Shown: one piece after another, positions 49,277 to 58,237 of the stretch
How positions within the stretch are numbered: position 1 is the stretch's first letter
Layout: every line of letters begins with the position of its first letter
Source: Catajapyx aquilonaris
Lineage: Eukaryota
DNA length: 58,237 nucleotides
Reading direction: 5' to 3'
NCBI GenBank assembly: GCA_000934665.2
Contig: KZ538621.1
Span: forward strand, 1-58,237
Notes under the pieces: generated by a model
Databases searched by the model: none
Told to the model about the DNA's origin: nothing
Seen by the model: the letters and a program-made list of their open reading frames with translations, nothing else
Translations under genes and position numbers: made by a program

Positions 49277-49564
49277 GGGTGACACGGTGGCCGGGTGGTT
49301 AGCGCCGCAGCCTTCCACCTCTAAGGTCCCGAGTCCGATCCCGGGGTTGGACGGAGGATACTTATGTGGATAGAGTTTCGATGGGTTCTCTCCGTGGTCC
49401 CGTGGGTTTTCTCGGGGTTCTCCCGTGGGTTTTCTCGGGGTTCTCCCGTTTCCTCCCACAATCAAAATCCATCACAGCGCAGGCAATGATTAAAGTCGGG
49501 TATTTAAAAAGATGATCCCCTAAGAGCCCCATCAGGGGGTATCAATTATTATTTGTTATTATTA
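49277..49564 (+). mobile_element. SINE family D with duplicated core
   Basis: Homologous to the 27245 copy; tandem ccgtgggttttctcggggttct; TSD ttctatctctatattct. Confidence 0.85.
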
Positions 49565-49796
49565 TTCTATCTCTATATTCTCTATCAGAACGTATGTGAC
49601 GTACGTTCTGGTATGTCCGCCCCCTCCAATACATCAGTATACCCTGTCCGATATCACTGATGCTCACTTTTTTATTTTTAAATAATTGAATTAACTTCGA
49701 TAATTGGTCCCGAGTTGGTGGCATCTCTTTACAACATATTATAATTTGGAAAATTAAAATCAGGTGGTTTGAGAGATTTGGTAACATAAACCACAC

Positions 49797-50140
49797 TGGT
49801 GGCCGTGATGGTAACGTCACGGCTTGCTGTGTGAAAGGCCCCAGGTTCGATCCCCGCCTGGGGAACTTTCCTTTCACCTGCGTCGGGAGGGTCTCTGACC
49901 TGCACCAAGGAGGTGTCTGGCAACCTAACCTCCTGGGGAACAGCACATGACCCGTTTTCAGACGTGCACCTTGCACCCATGTTCCCTCCCCAAAAATCCC
50001 CTATCCCTTCCCCATGTCCTTTCATCCTTGCACCGGAGTGAAGAAGAAAAAATAGAAAATTGAAGAAAATGGTGGTATACCACCCCCCTATAAGGACCCA
50101 TGGCCCTAGCACGGGGTAACGTAAAAAAAAACAAAAAAAA
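49797..50140 (+). mobile_element. SINE family B, slightly 5'-truncated
   Basis: TSD aacataaaccacact. Confidence 0.9.
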
Positions 50141-51711
50141 AACATAAACCACACTTACAGCGAAAAGCGGGGCAAAATTGTATCATTTTGTATGCCCTCC
50201 TGTAAAAGGTTCCCTAGTCAACCTCTTGGATGGACATGTACAGCATGAGATGTAGCTTGAATGGAGCTTTCATTTGGTATGCATTGCTTCACAGTCACGG
50301 GTCAAAGTGCGACGGAATTGCCTTAAGGCTCCATCCAAATTCATATTGCCGCCTCACGAGTGTTCACAAATATGGCCACCACCCCTCTCAGCTGATCAGC
50401 CCCCACCTCCACGCCCCCTCGTGACGTCATGTGAATACCACCTATAACACTGATGACAACATGATATTCAAATCTTCTGCCATTGAACTGTGCACTTCTA
50501 GTTTTTAAAATTAGCTCATGCTTTATATCAACACTATGGTATATCAAAACAACTCCATTGCAAAACATTATTCTAAAGAGCTATTGTGTAAATCTTGGGC
50601 AATTCATAAAAGATAGTGGAAACAAAGAGTTGAGTGATTATGTTAGGAATGAACTTCATGGGGAGAATCACTTTTGCTACATCTTCTCTCATGTGAACAT
50701 TTCCATTCATATATTGTAGTTGTGAATCCTTCACAGTACACTGAGTTATGTCGGTGATATGACAACTTGTTCAGCAGAACTTCTATAAATCATGCTGTGC
50801 AGTGCAGGTATGGCCAACTAGCAGCTTTTATTTTGTATGTTTCATTATTCATGCATTTAATTATGCACCACTGCCAAACTGCACTAGTAAAATTACTTAT
50901 ACATGGTGTTCCAAGTATCTCGGTCACTTTTGGATAACTGATATCACTGGATAGCAGTTATCAAAAAGTGACCCATGAATCTGGAACACTCTGTATGTCG
51001 ATTGGGTTTTGACCACTTCCAGTAACCGGAAAAAATTATCCAAAGAAGAGCTCATTTTCACAATTTCGCAATTTTCCCCCTCCCTACAGTATTTCGCAAT
51101 TTGGCTGAAACTTGATAGGCAGTGTTACGGCATAGGTGTGTACAGCTGTGATTTTTGTCAGCAAAATCCGAGATGGTCCAGCAAAATTTAGGCCCATTGG
51201 ATTGGGAATGACCCCTACATTTTGAGGTTTTTTGACTGCCCCGAGGTCAAAAACAAATTCCAGGCAAAATGAATGGCCTTCATGAGTTACAAATGATCTA
51301 AGGAACATGGAAATAGCGATTAATTTCCATAGACAAATCTCGGATGCGCGGGGAAAAGAGCATAAGTAAAACAAAAAAAAAAACATCCTTATGCTCTTTT
51401 CCCCCCGAATCCTAGTCTTATCAATGAGGTGGATTATTTATACAGGTGAATGCTCGGATTCCAGGGGGAAAGCGCATAATTTTAAAAATTACTTTTTTGA
51501 CTTATGCTCTTTTCCCCCGTCATCCGAGAAATATCGTGTTGTATATCACTGAAATGGCCCGGTTTTTCCTAATTCAGAAGTTTCAATATTTACATTGCTG
51601 ATTGGGCTTTGAAAATCAGTTAATGTATGGGTGGTTCAACTGAAACATTGAGTAGGGCAATGTTTCCAGTGCTATTTGTCTCAGATGGACACTAGTGGTA
51701 CCTTTCATTAA

Positions 51712-52137
51712 AGGGACACTCCACTCAAAATACAAGTTGGGTTCTAAAAATCGGGCAAAAAGTCCTGATTCCGAGGGTATAAGCAGTTTTTCTTAGAGAC
51801 GAACGGTAAGGCCAGTGTGAAAGCTGGAAGTGTGTCGTTCGAAAACCGCGCGCGGGGCAGGTGGGCGCTGGTGGCGACGCCACCAGAGTGGAACCGGGCG
51901 GAACTAGAGAAGGCATCCTGGCGCAACAGTTGTTTGTTGAGCACCTTCTCTACTTCTCCGGTTTGCCGCGAGATGCTGTTGTATCGCCCTTCTTAGCAGA
52001 CGACGCGAGACGACGTGTGTAGATATATGATTTTCCGTGTTACCGTTGGGCGTAGAAAAAAAACGATTGCACATTCGGAATCTGGATTTTTTGCCCGATT
52101 TTTGGGGGCCAACTTGTATTTTGAGTGGAGTGTCACT
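51712..52137. mobile_element. Kolobok-like MITE, second copy
   Basis: ttaa|agggacactccactcaaaatac ... gtattttgagtggagtgtcact|ttaa; homologous to 11317. Confidence 0.8.
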
Positions 52138-52492
52138 TTAAGTGTATGTATGGCTAATCATCATACAAAGTGGTTAGTGGTAAGTTCACCTGTAGTGGGC
52201 AGGAGAGCCCTCTGTGCAAGACTATGTGCAGGCTATGGATTCGTAAAAGTGGGCATAACGTCTGTGCACACGTGTCCGGTGTGTTTCCTACCACATGCAA
52301 ACTGACCACCAACCACTGTCCATGACCATTAGCCATACATGTACCTAATCAAAGGTACCAGTAGTGTCCATCTGAGACAAATACTACCAGAAACTCTACT
52401 TTGTTTCATTTGAACCACCCATATTCTAATTTTTTCATTTAATAACAATAGTAGTAATAGATAGCAATTATTATGTGTTGAGCCATGTCTAG

Positions 52493-52953
52493 TGGAGCTC
52501 ATGTCCAACCCTCTCTCTGTTGCAGTGAAGAAGACGTCTGTGACCAGCAAGCAGGCAGATCCTCCCCCTCCCAGTACATCGTCAGACCCACCAGCCTGCC
52601 AATTAAATGGTCATCCTTGCTGCTCCTCCAGTTCTTCCTCCAGCTCCTCATCCCCTTGCAATTCCTCCTCTCTATCCTCCCCTTCAGAGGCAGCCCACAC
52701 TGCTCCACAGGTGCCTCCTTCCACATCTGGCTCCTTTAGGTCCTTGAATGGCAAGGAAGAAGGGAGAGCCTTGGAGGGTGTGCTGGGTCCAGATGGAGAA
52801 TGGCTTGGACCAGAAAAACTACCTTCATTGGTGGAGGAGTTAGGACGGGCCAGGGAAGAGCTCAGGTTGAGAGACCAGGAGGTTGCTAAGCTCAGCAGAA
52901 TCAGGGAAGAAGTAGAGGCTGAACTGGAGGAGCTCACTAGCTCCCTATTCCAG
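52493..52953 (+). CDS. RAB3IL1: Rabin8/RAB3IP/RAB3IL1 (Sec2-like Rab GEF) coding exon
   Basis: Ser-rich region followed by Sec2 coiled coil EELGRAREELRLRDQEVAKLSRIREEVEAELEELTSSLFQ; cag|gtgagt donor; 5' boundary less certain (alternative ATG at 52501). Confidence 0.88.
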
Positions 52954-55900
52954 GTGAGTGGGGCCAAGTGTGATGCAAAAAAATGCGAACTAATTGCAGT
53001 GAGGGATTACTGACCTTGTGCGTACATATGAAGGCCTTGGGGAAATAACAATCAAGGTCCATTTTTTGTCAAAAATGAGTTAGGGCCCTACATATCTCAG
53101 ATGATAGTTTCACTAGTGTTGAATATGATGATTTGGTCGTGGCTGTGGAGTAATGATCATAGGTCGCTATGGAAGGCTCCGAAAGTGGGATTTACAATAG
53201 AAGTATGGAACCTTATGGACCTTTGAAATTTAAAATTGGAATATCTCAGTTTCGCCTCGTTCTTCCTCCGAGGTCTTCATATGGTTTCTTAGCGAAGTAT
53301 GCCTGTGTGGTTTAGGCCAGCAGTGTTCAATCTTTTTGTTCTCATAGAACCATTTTTTCTTTGCAAAACATTGCCTGGAACCCCTGCAACAAAACCCTTG
53401 TGCAATTTTTTTTTTTAACCATGCCATATTGACCTTCTTTTCTGCCCTAGGCCAGTGTGCTATTAGCGCCTCTCCATCCCATGCCTGCCAAGAGTAAGAT
53501 GAAAGCTGAATCAGCGGAAATCTCATGGATGCTTTTGTCTTTGGCCTTCAGCAACTTGTGCACACTCACATTTTGAAGGTCAGGTGAATGAGGCAAGCAT
53601 CTGTAAGTTTGTGAGAATTGCAGTCTGGTTACTAAAAATTACGTTTAAAAAATGAACTGACAACCAATTTTTCTCTTGATAAAGACAGGAGACGACGAAA
53701 TGCATCAATGCTACATAAGCACTTGAGGTAGCAGTGGATTTTTGGGATAGTTGGTCAATTACTGTATATATTGGTAACCATAATTGCAATGAGCAAAGCA
53801 AACTGAAGAAATAAGTCTTTTTTTCAGGTGGAGACTGGTGAGATCTCCAAATTGATACAGAAGCAAGTGTATGGGCATGCACAGTTTCAGGAAAGTTTTC
53901 AGGGGGATGCCTGCCAGGTGTGATTTTGCAGTGTATCAAGATCGTTTTAGTTGAAGTTGTTTCTAATATTACCTGAAAAAAACTGAAAATCAGTTAACAC
54001 TATATCTCCCGCGGGAATTTTGGTCTGATTATAATCATGCTAGAACACTATGTGAGTGATCCATTAAGTGGCATTTAACTTCAGCATTCATCAGTTCTGC
54101 TTTTGTGGCCACAATTGAGTCATTAATTTGTTAATTATTGTCGTTATTGTGGTCAATATTTTAGAACTCGAATCTTTTTCTCGTTTCTTATTGACAATAT
54201 GTTAAGAAAATGCAACGGGAACTGACATTGCGATACAAACGTTTTCTCGGGTCTCAGGAGGATATGGGGCAAGTGCGACTTTGGAATTCGCACAGTAATA
54301 AACAATGTTCGGGTTGCATAGGATTGGTGCCACAAAGACAAACTTCCTCTGCATATTCCGAATAAAAATATACCACCTGAGTTCTTAGAGGACAAACTTT
54401 TCTTCAGTGCTCAGCAACAGGTTGGCTAACAGTATTGCCATTATCTGATTAAAATGCATTATGTGGAAGTGTTTTCACACCAGTGCTTGTAATTAGCCTG
54501 TTGCCAGTTGCGGAATATCCATTGGTGACCACAAAAAGCTGTCTTGCTCTTTTGGCAACCGCTAGCTTTATTCCTCCAATATTGGATTTCGATCCATATG
54601 CTCGTATTAATTGGGTATGTACTTGCCCCTGACCATGTCTAGTTAGGGGCAAGTGCGGCCCCCTTTTTAAAAACCAGCCTGATTATGGCACCATAACTGA
54701 ACAATAACAGTGTGATAGTACATCTTTACCTCTTATGTACAGTGCCAGAGTGGTTATGCAGCATGAGATTCAAGACTCGTCAGAAATTCTGCAAAAGATC
54801 TTGCCAGAAAAGTTTAAACGCCACCATGAGATTGGCTGCCATTTGTTGTGTATGTTACAAAAGGAAAATTTTCGTGCTACTTCTAGATGAGTGTACAAAG
54901 GTTGTCGGGAACGTTTACGTGATTTTTGATAGCTCCTGCCACCTTGTGCCGTATATTAGAAGCAATGCCGCACTTGCCCCATTTACACACTTGCCCCGCT
55001 TTACCCTATTTAAAAACTTGTTTTGTCTAATAGTATTAGGAATAACTTCTACTAAAAGTCAAAGTGATACACCACAAAATGGGTGTTGGCAGGGATCTGT
55101 TTGGGAAAACCATGCAAAAATTGGATTTTGTTACTCTGACAGTGAGTGCAAGAGAAGTGAGCGAACAAACCATACAATTGAATGTGTTTTTTTTTGTACG
55201 CTAGAGTCTACCAAAATAATAAATTGCAACAGGTGGAGAAAGGCAGGGAGGAGTTGACTTGGGGGAGGAGAGGGTGGTTCAAAATCATGACTCCCCCTAC
55301 CAAATTCTGGAGCCCCATACAGTGCCGGATCTACGAAATTTCGGAGGGGGGCCAGAAACCTTTCCTGCCGCCCCCCACCTCCACTCCCGCATTTTGAAAG
55401 TTTTGTTTCATTTTTCTGGCATGGATCTTCTGGACTTGGCAGTGGCGCACGCAGAATTTTCTTTTTTTGTGTGTGGGGGGGTACGTAGGTGAGGAAGTCC
55501 GCCAAGCGAATTTTGTGTGTGTTCATGGTCACACAAGCTAAGATGCTATTTCTTTCTGCCAGAAAGAAATATCATCTTCAGCGTTGTTTTGCATTTCTTG
55601 AAGAGTCCCTAAGATTCCCTACAGTTTTGACTATGGTACCAGTCCAAATAATACGGTATACCATTTGCGGATATTTCGTAATGAACGCACGTCTTGTCAT
55701 TGTCCCGGACAATACACAACAGAAGGGTTAGCATGAAAGCTTTCTGCAGGACAAGAAGGTTAATAACTATTTCAGATCTGCATGTTGCACTTGAAAGGAG
55801 GTCTGCTTAGGTGGCTGTATAGTTTTGTCATTGCAAGTTCACAAACAATTCCACAGTGTTGTCAACATTAGCGGGTTTTCGATCATTCTAGAGCCGTGCT

Positions 55901-56194
55901 TCCCAATCTTTTTTGTTGGTGACCTCAGAAAATAGATGCGCAAAATTCGCGACCACCACTTCCAATTCAACCCTGAGACCCCCTCAGTGGTAGTTAATTA
56001 CAATAATCGCTAAATTAACACATCTCGTTTACGGGCAAATTTTTCAGAGAGATACCCTTCCTCACAACCCCAAATTTGGGGTCGCGACCGCAAAACGGAA
56101 AAGAACACACAGAATAGGGCAATGTGCATGTGACAAGTTCATTTCCAGGGACATGCCGCCCTCACCATCTTGCCGCCCGGGGCAGGAGCCCCCG

Positions 56195-56232
<38 letters not shown>

Positions 56233-56653
56233 NNCCCCCTTCCCCCCCCCCCCCCCCAAATCAGGCCCAGACCCCATACCATGGCCTGTAGGGATAACAT
56301 GGGTAATATGGGCCTGATAACAGTACCCAAGTCATCAATTTAGCCAATACTGACAATATCTTTGTGCAACCCATGGAAGAAACCTGCAAAACTCTGAGGT
56401 TCCCCCTTGAAGATTGGGAGTTTAGGCCATTCCTCAGTTTTTCTCCATGTGAAGGAATTTTGCATTAATTTTTGTTACATGATGGATGTGTAAAATAAAA
56501 TTAATTGATATGTTGAACTCCCTTATTTTTGAAAGGTGTCACAATTCACGGTTCCAGTTGGTTGAAAATACTTCTGCACCCAGAAACAAATTAGATTGAC
56601 TGAGTACTGGGTTTACTTTAATAAGGCAGATTAACAAATTGTCATTTTTTTAG

Positions 56654-56846
56654 GAGGCTCACCGCATGGTCCAGGAGGCCAAGATGAAGCAGGCAAGTGC
56701 AGAGAAGTGCCTGCAGGAGGCCAGCCTGCAGATAGACGGTCTACAGGCAGAGGTGTCTGCACTCAAGACACTTGTCCTCACCTCAACACCTTCTGCTCCA
56801 AACCCACATCTGCATCCACAACTGGCAGCTGGAAACTCAAATGGAG
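56654..56846 (+). CDS. RAB3IL1: Rabin8/RAB3IL1-like coding exon
   Basis: tttttag acceptor; [23 protein letters not shown]...[28 protein letters not shown], a Rabin8-family hallmark; g|gttagc donor. Confidence 0.92.
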
Positions 56847-57709
56847 GTTAGCTTGATTTGATTAGCCACTGAACATTATTTTTACAAACCATTTATTCAC
56901 AGTTTTGCCATTGGGATTGCTTTTGGCTTGGAATTACTATTTGAAACTATTAGCATGATAAATGGACAGTCCCTCTTTATACCAGGGCTGAAACATAAGT
57001 TGTGGCAACACTTATGTATGGAAATGTGCACAAAACTTGTACATAACTACAATGATGATGATGGCTAGTTCTCTTTAAGATAAGTTTAGCATTAGAATAT
57101 CAGTGAACAAAATACAGGATGTTTCTTACAAATAAGTCAACTGGCAGGCAGCATACTCATTGGCCCAAAACAAATTGAAAATGCAAGGAGGAGAAATGTC
57201 GAGGGACCAAACAGTGATGTGGTAGATGACCAAACACACTGGACTGCTTGTACACACAGGCAGCAACACACCACACCTTTCTGTATTGAGAACCTTTGGC
57301 AGGTGGACCAGTGTACTTACAATAGTTGCCGAGGGAGCAGGATATGAGTGTGATAATCATGACTGTGAAAGAGGTCACCTCCCAAAATACTAGCAGTCAT
57401 GATTATTACAATCATATCCTACACCCTAGGCAACCACCTGCAAGTATGCAGGTCCTATCTGCCAGGAGATCGCCCTACAAAAAGGCGTTGTGTGTTGCTG
57501 TGTGTGTCGAGCGGTAGGCCAATGTGTCCGGTCATCTTCCTTGTTACAGGCAAAATTTTCAGATTTTAGAATGGTATTACAGTACATACAGGGGTTGGAC
57601 AAAATAATAGGACCCCCTACGAACAGCTGTTGAAACTTCTCTGTTTTATTCAAAAACTGGAAATGTTACAAAGATGACTTTTACCAGGTTTTGAAGCTCC
57701 ATCGATATA

Positions 57710-58018
57710 CAGGGTGTTTCAACTTTTTTGTCCGAACAGTTATCGGCAAATTGCACGTAGTTGCTACTTTGTAAGCAGTGACTTGCAAACAATGATTTTT
57801 CGGAGGAATGGAGAATATTCCCTGCGTATCGTAGGTTGAAGTGGCATATGTGCTGCCTGCTGAAAATTGAGGGTCACACATGCCATGGGATGTGTGACCC
57901 GCTTTTTCCCCATTCCCCATTCCTCCGACAAATCACCGGTTGCAAGTCACTGCTTACAAAGTAGCAGCTACGTGTAATTTTCCGATAACTGTTCTGACAA
58001 AAAAGTTGAAACACCCTG
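57710..58018. mobile_element. Tc1-type MITE nested in another Tc1-like end
   Basis: TA|cagggtgtttcaacttttttgtc ... gacaaaaaagttgaaacaccctg|TA; arms ~80 bp; outer end caggggttggacaaaataatag at ~57589. Confidence 0.85.
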
Positions 58019-58237
58019 TACATTTGTCGAGATATGCAGATGACGCAAAAATCGCGAGATGAGGAAAGAAACAAAAGACCTATGATGTCCCCCAGACCCC
58101 ACTTTTTACCAAAGTGTTCCAGCCTTGTCATTTGAAAACCAGAACAGTTATGGATATGAACGGTACTGGGTTTTGAAGCTCTAACGATGTCATTTTGTGT
58201 GAGGTAGAGAGATGGACCAATAATCACATGGGGGGGG

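Larger units (their letters stand above)
46913..50371. repeat. Large inverted-repeat element (~600-bp arms, right arm split by SINE D and SINE B)
   Basis: tttgtgaacactcatgaggcggcaatatgaattt pairs with aaattcatattgccgcctcacgagtgttcacaaa; 47300-47500 pairs with 49160-49270 and 49565-49665. Confidence 0.7.
44790..50443 (-). mobile_element. ISL2EU/IS4EU-like DNA transposon relic with THAP ORF and many nested inserts
   Basis: TIR aggtggtattca / tgaataccacct, both flanked by AT; contains the THAP ORF at 46584-46790. Confidence 0.5.

Noticed and set aside
52611..52967. Minus-strand Ser/Glu-rich ORF
   Set aside because: Antisense shadow of the Rabin8-like exon
54712..55257. 181-aa ORF
   Set aside because: No recognisable domain or splice support; it overlaps pogo-like repeat ends (ggggcaagtgcg)
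1..58237. CRISPR arrays, operons, prokaryotic defence systems, hammerhead ribozymes
   Set aside because: The DNA is eukaryotic and spliced; there is no repeat-spacer periodicity; I saw no convincing CUGAnGA/GAAA core by eye (an Infernal search would be needed to exclude one)

Overview
Repeat-rich metazoan genomic DNA, most likely a non-dipteran arthropod; it is not prokaryotic. Two + strand spliced genes lie in tandem. The first is the 3' seven coding exons of exocyst subunit EXOC1/Sec3 (4187-29252), with one probable GC-AG intron; its 5' exons were not found in the window. The second is the promoter and first three coding exons of a Rabin8/RAB3IP/RAB3IL1 (Sec2-like Rab GEF) gene (~39200-56846, continuing beyond the window). 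Introns and intergenic DNA are packed with nested transposons: five tRNA-derived SINE families with TSDs, a 5'-truncated LINE, mariner/Tc1 fold-back elements, pogo/Tigger, Harbinger, Kolobok-like and P-like MITEs, a Helitron and a THAP-bearing ISL2EU-like element. The most notable observations are a hATm-piggyBac chimera with an intron-containing piggyBac transposase, a ~760-bp coding-like palindrome without transposon ends (candidate hairpin-RNA locus), and modular SINEs sharing a structurally covarying 3' stem-loop. All family calls come from reading motifs by eye; no database search was run.
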